This document shows, piece by piece, positions 24,740 through 36,639 of a stretch of 64,000 bases of DNA. The stretch comes from Octopus bimaculoides. Lineage: Eukaryota. The position numbers and the translations under genes were made by a program. The number at the start of each line of letters is the position of its first letter. Position 1 is the first letter of the stretch. The notes under the pieces are model-generated. The model ran no database searches, was not told the origin of the DNA, and worked only from the letters and a program-made list of their open reading frames with translations. The stretch lies in assembly GCF_001194135.2 (NCBI RefSeq), contig NC_068982.1:16230820-16294819 (forward strand). The letters run 5' to 3'.

Positions 24740-26800
24740 AATGTCTTGGAATTCACATCAAGGATCCAGCAAGCATCTCAGAATACTGAAAGACTTCCAC
24801 ATGACTGGAAGACTGCAGTTTTACTGATTCTTTTCAAGAACGGCAACATGATGCCACATTAGAACTAGTTTGGAATCAATGTGTTTAATGTTGCCAAAAA
24901 AAGTTTTACCATTATCTCCTGAAATTATTTTCCCTATATCAGAGATGCTCATACTTAATCAAACTTAGTGATCTATGGATGTGCTGATCAATTCTTCAGA
25001 CTGTAATGTCTTTTGAATGAAAAGATGATTTATCCAGCAATCTACAGTCGTTTTGTTTGTGGGGTGTGTGACCATTTTCAGTTTAGTATCACATCAGTAA
25101 CTGTGGAATATAATGGAAGCATGCTACCAAAGTTGTTCTGCTTCATTACGTAGGACTAATCAGCATTCTGACCAAAGTCGAAATACTGGGTCATCCCATA
25201 AATAGTACAGTTTTTTAAACTTCTTTTATTTTTCAAGATTAAGATAAACAAAGTTCCTTTTTAATCTAAAATATACCCTCCTTCATTTTCTACAATTCTC
25301 TTCCATCTATCTGGTAGACTTGCAAAGCCCCTCTTCCAAAAAATCACTTGTCTGTGATGAAAAATACTCCTCCAGTTCTGCTCTGACCTCGTCTACAGAA
25401 TTCATATTTTTTCCATCCAAATGATTTTGAAGACTACGGAATAAATGATAATCTGATGGGGCAATGTCCGGCGAATATGGTGGGTAGGGCATCCTTTACT
25501 CATTCAAACTGCTTCAGCCTTTGGAATGTCATTTTCACTGTATGTGGCCAAGCAATATGATAGAAGAACACCTTTCACCTTGAAACCAAAGATGGTCACT
25601 TTCCTTCTAGAGCTAACTTGAATGACTCGTTGAATGACCAAATACAGGCTCTTCTACTAGTTCCTCAACAGTTATATATATGCATATATATGCATATATA
25701 TATGTACATATATATATGTTCCACCAGGGTTAGCAGGATGTCCTTGTCGAGCTCTACAGATCTTCCAGGACAAGACACGTCTTCTAGACTGTAGTTTCTG
25801 GCTCGTAAATTCTGGAACCACCACTGACACTGGCTAATGCTTATCGTCCGATCCCCATATACTGCATTAATATTCCTCACACTTTCCATTGCATTGTTGC
25901 CTTTATTGAATTCATTAAGCAAAATATGCTGAATATGCTCCTTTGTCACTTCCATTACAGCTTCGAAGAAATAACTGTTAAAATTGAACTGCACTTTTCA
26001 AAACTTGCACTAAGAATAAGAACAAGATAAAATTACTATTTGTTTTTATAGTAAGTTAATGCAGATAGTTAACCCATACACTTCCAACTTTTAGTTCATG
26101 CAATTGAAAAAACCACATTTTTTTATGTGATGAACCAATATGGAAAGCCATGGATCTTGAAATGATGTACAACAAGTTTGCATACTCTCACCAGCCTTAT
26201 TCCACTATGAGATAGATTAGGTGCTGTCCATTACTTTCATTGACAATCAGTGAGTTCAACTAGGTCAGGTTATAAACACTCACAGACCTTCTTTTACTAT
26301 TTAGGTAACATTCCTCTCATAAGCTGATATCTGTGGAACCACAAAATTCTCACAAATGCTTTGAAGTGGTTGGCCTGGATGTTAATATAGTCAAAGCCAA
26401 TGGCTTGGTAGCTTGTTTTATTAAAAGAAATGTGTCATCACTGTCAATAAAATTCATTCATTCTCTTCCTACCAACTGGGCAAGCCATAAACAAAACTGA
26501 GTTTAGCCCATTTGACCAAGTACAACCACACCTTGTTCAAGCTTGTTACATTGTGAAACCACTGTCATCTATTTTCAGAACCCTAGTTAGGTCAGACATG
26601 TTGACAAACTTCAGAAGCCTTTCATTTACGCTACCAGTCCTCTAGTTTAATATTTCAGTTAAGGGAGCTCTCATAGTTGGCCACTGAAATCATGAGTGAA
26701 GGTCAATAGAACATGAGGTGGATTCAAATCCAGTCCAAACTGATGAAATAGTAGTTAGCAGCAAGTATTCAGCTGAAACGTTCAACTAGAGGAGTCAGCT
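24740..26800 (+). mobile_element. Old RTE-clade LINE RT remnant, split by the mariner at 25186-26138
   Basis: Left: RLPHDWKTAV..FKNG. Right: VQQVCILSPALFHYEID (QGxxLSPxLF, 26167), LS*ADI (YADD-like, 26314), VGLDVNIVK and EAFHLR. Confidence 0.65.
25186..26138 (-). mobile_element. Internally deleted mariner (SETMAR/Mos1-like) with TIRs and TA target duplication
   Basis: HTH region MEVTKEHIQHILLNEFNKGNNA..W..F...SLED..PGR; C-terminus PYSPDIAPSDYHLFRSLQNHL; TIRs CTGGGTCATCCCATAAA and TTTATGTGATGAACCAA; TA at 25184-25185 and 26139-26140. Confidence 0.9.
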
Positions 26801-27508
26801 AAGCCTGTCTCCTGAATGTCAATATAAAAACAAATAAGTATTGAAATTCAGTTCCTATAAAAAATAGAAAGATAATAGGAACTTTCAAACATAAAAGAGG
26901 AAAAACATGCATAATATAATAAAGAAAGGGTTGCACTCTGAAAAATATCTGAAATTAATTGAATGCATTTCATAAGAAAAAAGAAACATGGTAGGAAAAG
27001 AAATTACTGATATACTATAGAGAGAAAATAAGATCTGAAGATAATAAGAAACAAAATTAGAGAAAACATTTTTTTTTTTTAAATAATCAAAGTAATCACA
27101 AATATCATGGAACTTTTTTTTTTTTTAATATGAAAATAGATTGAAGCAAATTCTTGGAAAATAAGCTCAAAATAGAACCAGAAATATAAAGTTAATTCAG
27201 ATGATCAATTCTCAATAAGGGCACCAAATAAAATTAAAAAAATAAAAAAAGACAGAAATTAATCTGGCAAGAAGTATCCTGTAAGGAATACATTCTGGTA
27301 TCATGAAATAGATTCTTGAAATAACTTGAATACTTCAATTGTTCTTTCATTGTATGAATTTATAAATGGTTGTAGCTACATGTATGTACATAAGCTGGTC
27401 TAACATTTAGATATGTACACAATTGTTCTTGAAAATAATAAACACAAGATTACATTGTTTCTAAAACCATCAGAAAGAGACATAAAGTGTTCACTATATG
27501 CAGTTTAC

Positions 27509-27620
27509 CTTTTCTTTCCTGGTGTATACAGACACATGAACACATGCAGGTGAAAATATACAACCAATAAGAACAATGAGAGCATTTAATTCCATATTTG
27601 ATACAAGAATATTTGAATGG
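27509..27620 (-). other. Candidate minus-strand exon (112 nt, one open frame)
   Basis: Acceptor ggtttacttacag| and donor AAG|gtaaac; frame HSNILVSNMELNALIVLIGCIFSPACVHVSVYTRKEK. Confidence 0.25.
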
Positions 27621-28496
27621 CTGTAAGTAAACCTATATTGATCCACTTTTAGAAGACACTTGAAAACTGATATTACAGTAAAAGTGGAGTAAAAGGAGAG
27701 GAGAAAATAAAGATATACAGGTACAGCTAATATATAATAAAGTTCTGGAGTAAAAACAATAATTTTAAAGTGTTCTAAGGATTTGTAATTATATAATGCA
27801 GTAGTAGTTAATGGTGAAGGTGATATGTCAAAAGAAACTAAATTATAGACTACCAAATCTTGATGGAATATCTTATAGTATGTAAAGATTTTAAGAAATC
27901 AAAATCTAATAGGTGTCAGTATGGTCCACAATTAACAACACATGCTTAAGATAAGAAGCGAACACTGTTGGTGAGCTTGCAATGTATTCTTTCGTGGATA
28001 GACTTAAGACGGTGACGTAAATCTGCTAATTTACTAGACTGGTTTTGAAAATTAGGCAGAATGTGATAAGAACGAATAAAGGAAACATATTATCAAACCT
28101 GATTTATCAAAGAGATATAAAGGTCAGAACTAAAATTTGGTGAAATTGCATTATCTTTGGTATCAATTAAAATAGCCTAAATATTAAGGGACAGAAATAG
28201 AACAGCAAAGGAGAGATTGTTTGAAATATATATTGAATAAGAATATATCTGAGGAATTTAGTTTGGTTCTTATAATATTTATGTAGTTAATCGTAGATGG
28301 TAAACTTGAAGCAAACAAATTTCACTTCACCTCATATCACTAATTCTCTTGGGAAATGCATAAACATTACAACTATCAACTCTTATTCTTTTACATTTTT
28401 AGACATTCTAATATAACTGCAAAAAGCAATGGGGAAATCAATCAGTTTTATTATTTTAAGAAATTTGAAGATAATCATAGCAAGCTTGGTCTAAAA

Positions 28497-28887
28497 CAAA
28501 GGCTCTCAACCTATTTTGAGCAAAGGCCTCCTTTTGACCCTTGGAGTCACAAATGCCACCCCCCAGTAACTATTTTTATTTTTGAATATACTACTTATTT
28601 TGATATCAGCAGATAATGATTAAAAAATAAAGGATGTCGTTTTACATATGCACTTGTACACAGTTGGAAGTACAGATGTACAAATTGAAATGAAAAAAAA
28701 AATGAAATAATTAACTGAAAGTTTGGTAATTGCGCTTATTTCCACCATGCGACACTTATGAGATCAACATGCTGTCTATCGAAAGAGTGCTCTTTGGTAC
28801 AAGAGAGCCCCTTTGCTCCAAAATGCCCCCTTGAGTTCCAAATGGCCCCACCCCAGGAGGCCATATAGTCCCTGTTGAGAACCTTTG
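28497..28887. mobile_element. hAT-type MITE (391 bp) with perfect 8-bp TSD
   Basis: TIR CAAAGGCTCTCAAC and GTTGAGAACCTTTG; TSD GTCTAAAA at 28489-28496 and 28888-28895. Confidence 0.85.
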
Positions 28888-30319
28888 GTCTAAAAGCAGA
28901 TACGTTTTACAAAAACAGCTAAAGGCATCAAATAGTAGAAGAGCCTTTAAGAGGTATGTTACAAGAAAGTAAAATAAATATATGGCATATTCCAAACTGT
29001 TACAGTTCACCATATATGATAAACCAGTGTATGTCAGAGTATGCAGGATTGTCTTTCTGTAAGAGAAGCACGGTATATCTATAGCAATGAATCTGCAGCC
29101 TGTACGTAATAGTTTGACACTTTATATATATAACATATGCCTTCTCGCTAAGAGCTGAACAGCACTTTACAACAGCATAAACATATTGGAATGTTATTAA
29201 AAATTACACGGTTCTATTTTTTTTTTTTTATAACTTTTTGATCTTCAAAAGTTAATAGCTAATGTTTTTTAATAAGTCTATTATATTTATATGATGACTG
29301 ATAAGAATAAATGCCTACAGCACTATTTTCCAAGGTTATATCAGCTGAATATGCTTTTACTCATCTGAACATTAGTTATGAGTTTATTACACCAATTTGT
29401 TACAAATGCTATGAATGGATGTATAGTATATTGTATCTCTTTACATAGAAAAGTTTCTTAATTAACAATATATCATGGTGTCAGATTAATGATATATCAT
29501 TATCATTGCTGTGTAATTAATCCTAAGCAGACTTGTGGCACAGAGTCAGCCAAACAAATTAGTATGGTCCTAAATCTACAGCTATAACTATACCATGCCT
29601 TCATTCAATTGAAAACTACTCTGCACATTTTGATATGTAATGGTTGATTGTATGTGCTGTACTATGGTACTCTAGACAGAATGTACTCTCCCGAGGAAGC
29701 TTGTATACTGTTGCTAAACCTGCTAGATATAGCAACCATATATGTCCCTCAACCCACTCTCTATTATCTTTAAAATGATTGGTTTTATATTGGATGACTC
29801 AGTCTTGGATGTAATATACCAGAAAAGAAGGTAGGATGATAAACAAAGCTCAAAAAACCAGCTGAATTATAAAGATTTGTCACAAAAATCTATGAAATAC
29901 ATCACTGATCTGAGGTGATATATTTAGCACACATAGAACAGCTTTTGATAGGTTTCTTTTTTTTTTTCTTGTAGATGGTATCTAGTTTGTTCCAAATCAA
30001 GCTGAAGTCAATTTCACTTTTTGTCCTTCCAATATCAAAATTATCACCAGTAAAATATTTTAACAACATGAAATGTATCCCTTCCTCTCTAAAATTTGAT
30101 CTTCTGCTTTATCAAAGAAATTATATGTATTTGTATTGCCAGCTAACAAAACTATGATAACTTATTATTAATAATAATTAGTTTTAGAATACTTGTCTAA
30201 GCCATCTGTTATTTCTCTACAGATTATAAGTTAACCAGCAGCTATTAGTAACAACCATTTTGTTAATGCAGAAAGAAATCTCATATCAATTATCATTAAT
30301 TCTAACATATCATATTCAA

Positions 30320-30799
30320 CCCTTTAGCATTCAGATCATTCTGTCAAACGTAATGCTTATCATTATCATCATCGTAGTTTAACGTCTGCTTTCCATGCTA
30401 GCATGGGTTGGACGATTTGACTGAGGCCTGGTGAAACCGGATGGCAACATCAGGCTCCAATCTAATTTGGCAGAGTTTCTACAGCTGGATGCCCTTCCTA
30501 ACGCCAACCACTCAGAGAGTGTAGTGGGTGCTTTTACGTGTCACCCGCACGAAAACGGCCACGCTTGAAATGGTGTCTTTTATGTGCCACCCGCACAAGC
30601 CAGTCCAGGGGCACTGGCAACGATTCACATTATTTTGAATAACTCATGCATTATCTTATAGCTTTCAGATTTCAATGACATGACTTTTTATGTTTAGAAT
30701 GACAATGTTGGAGGCAGCGTGAGAGGCTTGATCTTGCCAGTTTGAACATAAAACAGAAAGAATATTTGGCTGGATATGGCCAGTTTAAATGCTAAAGGG
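30320..30799. mobile_element. piggyBac-like MITE interrupted by a B repeat (30361-30622, minus)
   Basis: 12-bp TIR CCCTTTAGCATT and AATGCTAAAGGG; flanks TCAA and TTAA; the B copy lies inside. Confidence 0.8.
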
Positions 30800-31242
30800 T
30801 TAAGCTCATCAGTTAGTTGCAGTTCAGTCATATTCACATTTATATTGTTATGCTCATTGTATCGTGAAGAGTTAGAGCTGACCAAGTCATTGTGGTGTTG
30901 GCCTATCTGAAAAATCAATTGTTTGAATCGAGTTAACAATGCTATGCCAAGGACCTGGCAAAGATACTAAATGGCCTAGGCTTCTCAGCAGAAAATATGT
31001 ACCATGTGGAAGTTTAAGTTCAGTGTTGTAAGCAAGAAAGATATTGCATAACTAACTAGATGCATTTGGATGATGTCTTGCTACCTCTGAGTGCTGAGAG
31101 CAAATCCTCTCACAGGTCTAGAGAAATAACAGGATCCACTCCAGACCTCTTATTGCATTTCAAGAAAATAAACATCCTTTCTCTTGAGACAATAAAGTTA
31201 ATCACTTAATGATGAATATTTCTGGTTGAGAAAATTCTAAGA

Positions 31243-31515
31243 CAATGGTTCTCAACTGGGGTCCATATGACACTGGCNNNNNNNNNNNNNNNNNNNNNNN
31301 NNNNNNNNNNNNNNNNGGGGGGGGGGGGGGGGGGGGATCATACCAGATTTTGTTGCTAAAATTCATGTGCAACAAATTGGTTATACTTCTAGAATGCACA
31401 AAATTGTTCAACATATTTTCAATACGACTCCAAACAATATTTAATTATGAAAGTAAAATATGATTTTTTTGAACATCAAAGATGTCCATAAGTAAAAAAT
31501 GGTTGACAACCACTG
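31243..31515. mobile_element. hAT-type MITE related to 28497-28887, opposite orientation; contains an N gap
   Basis: TIR CAATGGTTCTCAAC and GTTGACAACCACTG; flanks TTCTAAGA and GTCTAGAA (degenerate TSD). Confidence 0.7.
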
Positions 31516-32789
31516 GTCTAGAAAGACATCAAATAAATAAAATACTGACGCTGAGAGATACATAAAATAAAAAATAAAATAAATGAAACATTTATTCATC
31601 ACATTTTTTAATACAAGCTGTAAGACAAAGTGTACTTCAAGAATCTTTATACTGAGATTATGGATAAAGACAAAAGTTTTGATTTCAGGTCTCATAACAA
31701 CAACAACAAAAAAATTTTAATAAAATCAAAAAAAAAGTCAGTATAACACAGTAAATATCATGATACATCTAACTGTGCAGTGTGTAATGCATAAGATAGG
31801 CAAAATATTTCATAACAAGAGACAGAATAATTAGTTACGTGTTATAAACCATGATAATATTATTAAATGGGTTTAATATCTATGAATAATTTACCATCTT
31901 TGATGGGTGTGCTAGGTAAACCTGCACACCCAGAACATACATAACTACAACATTGACACTCAAAGATGATGGTGAAAATCAACACTAACAATCACTCTTG
32001 TAACTTAGATTTCTTCTGGTTTATCTGATTTAATGAGGTACATTTAAGAGGCGCTCACTGCAATTACTTTTCACAAATAAATGACATCCAGGAGATAAAC
32101 CTAGTACAAAATCTTTAATAAGAAACAAGAAATAGAATTTTTTCAGTCAAAATCTTATTAACATCAAAATAACTATGTATGGCTTTTTAATTTCAAATTC
32201 ATTGTGTTTTGTTGTCTATGTAAGCACCTGCACTTAGCAGTCAAGAACAGTTACCAGTTCATCTGGAAGTGTTACTTGAAATAAACTGTTATTTTATGCA
32301 AAAGGAGATTTAATTCTTAATTGCTTCATGCCATGAAACAAGAGCTAAAGTCAAGAATACTTTGGGATAAAGGATTTTCTTCTATCCCAAAGTGCTCTGA
32401 GGTTTAACTCCAGTTCTCATCAAAGTATCTACTTTGAATCAGAGATAAATGCTAGCTTTTAAAGGCTTTTTAGAGCTTAGGAAGCATTCACACCAAGATA
32501 AATGGAAATGTATTGAGAAATTTTCTTTGGAAATTAACTATTCATAATTAACTGTAATTATTCAAAGAGTCAAATGGCTTCTAAACTTAAAGCTGGATTT
32601 CAGTGAGAGGGTATTTCAAATGTCACATCAATAAGATATCGGATAGCTTGGTGCTTAGACAGTCTCATATGATTTACATTAACGTCTTTGCTATCAATTC
32701 ATGAAGTAAAATTCATTATGATTTTATGCAAATATATATTCTGATAAATAAAGAATGGAAACAATTCATACATCTATATCTATATTTGT

Positions 32790-33170
32790 CTGAGAATTCA
32801 GTGAAGATGGGTAGGATATGCTGTTCGAATGAAAGTCAAGAGCATTCTGAAAATTCTTTTGTATGGTCAACATGTAGAAGGACACCATAGTAAAGGAAGA
32901 TCCCCATCCTTAGGTGTAAGGATAAGTTGAAGCAATCACTAAAGTCTCTATAGCTTCATTGCCTAGATTGATCTGTATGGTGTAAAATGTGTCATGATGC
33001 ATCAAAACAACTTGAGTTGAAGAAACAGAACAATAAAAGAATTATTTCCTGCAAACAACAGACACATCTGCCCAATCCCAGGCAAAATCAGAATCACCAT
33101 TGTCTACATTGTGACATCATAGCAAAATCCATATCTGGACTCTATTCATGCATCCATCACAAATAGACAC
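32790..33170 (+). mobile_element. Decayed 3' end of an RTE/BovB-like ORF
   Basis: RWVGYAVRM..ILLYGQ..G..KDKLKQSLK..DRSVW..CLHC...SGLYSC, the C-terminal zinc-knuckle pattern. Confidence 0.6.
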
Positions 33171-33574
33171 AGCTTCTTTTATTCTTTTATTTTTAAAGTG
33201 GATTTTTCTTTGTTTCACATTTTTTTCTTTTTCTTACTTTTTTGAGGTTTTTTTCCTTTAAATCCTCTCCTTTAAACACTTACATATCAAAATTGATGGG
33301 AGTGACCATTGTAATATAAACAGTATTGACTTATAAACCGTTATTATACTTAATTGTAGATTATGGTCACAAAACTAAATATGGTGTCCCTGCCAGCAAT
33401 TAATATGTACATACCAATTGCAAGGAATGTGTTTAATATGTAAATTGGTCTATCCAATAATGCTACACCATTAAACATAGTGGCTATTAAAACAATTTGT
33501 TCATGGAATGTTAATAGGTTGGATGTGATACTGAAGAAGGAGCAATAACTCATGAAATGTGCATATACACTTAC

Positions 33575-33660
33575 CACCTATCTTTCTATCTTTTATCACA
33601 TTGTTTACATAGACGTATTCAAATACAAAGTATAGCAACTTTCAGTGTTGGTTCTAATTT
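33575..33660 (-). other. Candidate non-coding (5' UTR or lncRNA) exon, 86 nt
   Basis: Acceptor aattttctatag| and donor GTG|gtaagt; stops in all three frames. Confidence 0.3.
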
Positions 33661-33728
33661 CTATAGAAAATTTGTAGAGATAACTTAAAAGTGATGTGTG
33701 TGTGTATGTGTGTGTGTGTGTTATAAAG

Positions 33729-34077
33729 GGTAAAAGGTAAAAACCTCACTTCAGTCATGGATGACCATGGGATTCCACCCAGAAAGTTTCCCTTCAAGAC
33801 ACAAATCCAGGCAAGGTTGTTTATGGAAGACCAGCAGTTGCCCGTGCATACCAGCCTCCCCTCTTCATGCCATCAATGTTATCCAAGGGAAAGGCAAAGG
33901 GGCCAATACAGCTTGGCACCACTGATGTCTCAGTTCATTTCTACAGCTGAGCGAACTGGAGCAACATGAAATAAAGTATTTGCTCCAGAACACATCACAC
34001 AACCTGGTCCGAGAATCGAACTCACTACCTCATGATTGTCAGCCCAATGCTCTAACCACTGAGCCATGCACCTTCAC
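33729..34077 (-). mobile_element. SINE family D, complete, with good Pol III boxes
   Basis: A box TGGCTCAGTGG (34056-34066), B box GAGTTCGATTC (34013-34023), tail TTTTTACCTTTTACC; a decayed relative lies at about 34790-34915. Confidence 0.8.
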
Positions 34078-34539
34078 ATGTATGTATTATATGCTGTATC
34101 GTATCAATGAATTTCGATTGACCAGCAGACCAATTTAGCAGTCAGCAGGACACTGTAAAAACAACCAATTGCAGCATTGCCATTTTAAATTTAGTCAATC
34201 ACAAGTACAGACGATTGAGCAGTAGAAAAGCTATTTTAAAATTTATTTATTTAATTATATTCCTAATTGAAGAATGCAAATAGGCTTGGCTTACATGCAT
34301 ACACATAGTTTTGTGAGAAATTGAAGAGTGACAGTAATGAAGATTGAATATATTAATGATGGTAAATTAAAGGATTAAGTGAATATATTATTGATGTTAT
34401 ATTCTCATAAAGGACAGATTGAATATATTAGCAAGAGTATATTCCAATAAATTTAAGTATGAATATATCAAAGATGGTATATTCCAGTAAAGAATAGAAT
34501 GAATATGTTAATAATAACAGATGCTAATAAATTATCGTA

Positions 34540-34613
<74 letters not shown>

Positions 34614-34984
34614 CTCTTTTATTGAAGATGGTGTATGAATTTTCAGCTTTTTTTTGCCGAACGACCTGCATAAACGATTTGTTTATAGTGATCAAATGTA
34701 TGTGCTGTACATTAACTCACACCTCCCATGAATTCAATGTTGTCTGAACAGGGGCACAGTGTGCCATGCGTCAGGTGTCACACTGAGCATAGAGCAATGA
34801 GAGATGAAGTGTTTTTGCTCAAGAACGCAATATACCGCCCAGTCTAGGAATTGAAAGTGCAATTTCATGATTGTGAGTGCAACACCTTAGATCACTAGGT
34901 CGTGTGAGGACACATGGCCATGTGGCTAAGATGTTGCACTAGTAATAATAACAACAACAACAACAGCAACAACAATAATAATAA

Positions 34985-35190
34985 TAATCCTTTCTTCTAA
35001 AGGCACTAGGCCTGAAATTTGGCAGGAGGGGACTAGTCAATTACATCGACCCCAGTATTTCACTGGTACTTAATTTACCGATGCTGAAAGGATGAAATGC
35101 AAAGTTGACCTCGGCGGAATTCGAACTCAGAATGTAGCGGCACACGAAACACCGCTAAGCATTTCGCCCGACATGCTAACAATTCTGCCA
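34985..35190 (-). mobile_element. SINE family C, well preserved
   Basis: Minus strand GGCAGAATTGTTAGC..GAGTTCGAATTCCGCCGAGGTCAACTTTGCATTTCATCCTTTC..AAGTACCAGT..TACTGGGGTCGATG, then (ATT)n tail. Confidence 0.8.
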
Positions 35191-35204
35191 ATAATAATAA
35201 TGAT

Positions 35205-36590
35205 AATAATAATAGTTTAATGTCCATTTTCCATGCTGGTATGGTTTGAGTGATTTGACAGTATCTGATGATTGGCACAGCCACATCAAACTTTATTGTC
35301 AGATTTGGCAGGGTTTCTACAGCTGGATGCTCTTCTTAACATCAACCACTTTACGGGTGTTTTTCCATGCCACGACCCCTACTAGTAAGGATGCTGTGTA
35401 AACTTGCAAGGCAAAAGATGGAACAAGGGGGTAAAGAAAAGGCTCTTAATACTAAGAAGGGAGTATTTGGAAGGGCAAAGTGGAAGTGGGTGGCTTTATG
35501 CCAGAGAGACAAACAGACATCTTGCTACAGGGGAGATATATGGCTGAAGGGGATAAAAGGAAGGTACAGATGGAGTGCAAGAACAAAGTGAAGGCACAAA
35601 AGAGGAGCACAAGAGAAGATGCAGACAGTGGGTCATAGGAGAGAGTGGACACTTTCATAAGGGTGTGGTGGGGAAGCAACAGATGATTAAAGTTAGGATA
35701 GAGGTGAATATAGTAAGTGATGAATAAGGGTGGATGTGTGGTTGAAGTGGAATACAAGTATGGAGAGGCATAAGGTGTGAGATATAGGAGTGGCTCAGGA
35801 AAGAGAATACATTAGAACAGGTGGTGCCATGATGTGCAAGGTGTAGGAGCAGTGAAGAGGGAGATATAGAAGCACATAAGGGGTTGTAGTAAGGAGGGGT
35901 ATGATGATAGGTTTGGTGTTTAGGCATTGAGGAAGAAAGCAGGTAAGAGAGGTGTTAATAATGGAGTAGAGAGAGAGAGATCTATTGTTGCCAACAGAGG
36001 TAACAGCCCTCTTCTGAACTTCTTCCATCCTTTCCTTATTCTAGCAACTACACTTTCAGAATCTCCTCCTCTACTGCTAATTTGGTTGCCTAGGTAACAG
36101 AAACTTTCTACTACCTCTAGGGAGCTGCCAAGGCATTTGAAAGAACCAATTTCTGATGTATCCCTAGCTTTAAGGTACCTGTGAATCTTCCACATACAAA
36201 CACTACTTTCTTCATCAACCTTCCAGTGATTCCACTGGACCTCTTGAGTGTCCATAGCTTGCACTAGGTATACCATATGGAATTGCTACCTATACCTTTC
36301 CTACATATCGAACAGGGCCATTTACCTGAAGTGAGTAGAATCCTATCAGTTTTCCTGCATATTAGAACTTTGGTCTTTGCTAGCTTAACTTTAAGGCCCT
36401 TTAATTCCAGCTTTTGCTTCCACACCTGGAATTTCTTTTCTAATTCTGTTAAAGATTCTACTACAAGAGTGAAGTCATCAGCATATGGTAGTAGGGGCAG
36501 CTAGTTTTGAATTCTCTTATGGCCTGGAGGACAATGATGAATAGGAGGGGACTGAGAACTGAGCCCCCATGGTTAACTCTCACATCTTCA
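35205..36590 (-). mobile_element. Internally deleted RTE-clade LINE: RT fragment (36590-36005), pyrimidine-rich region, B tail
   Basis: GSVLSPLLFIIVLQ, YADD, WPCSICRKG and LEVVESFCYLG..VARIRKGWKKFR.LLPLL, followed on the same strand by a C/T-rich segment and the AAGAGCATCCAGCTGTAGAAAC..CCATACCAGCATGGAAAATGGACATTAAAC tail. Confidence 0.75.
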
Positions 36591-36639
36591 TCATCTTCTC
36601 TCCTCTTGCTCTCCATCTGAGATAGCCACGTTACTCTTC

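Noticed and set aside
26740-26779. Hammerhead-like CTGATGA...GAAAC
   Set aside because: No convincing stem II closes the core, and stems I/III cannot be formed; it lies in decayed LINE sequence.
29975-30157. 60-aa ORF starting right after a strong plus-strand acceptor
   Set aside because: No recognisable motif, no donor or partner exon, and composition is typical of AT-rich non-coding DNA.
34000-34077. tRNA gene calls for segments with A/B boxes (also 9400-9461, 35100-35190, 58169-58205)
   Set aside because: No complete cloverleaf or acceptor stem; each runs into a multicopy SINE body.
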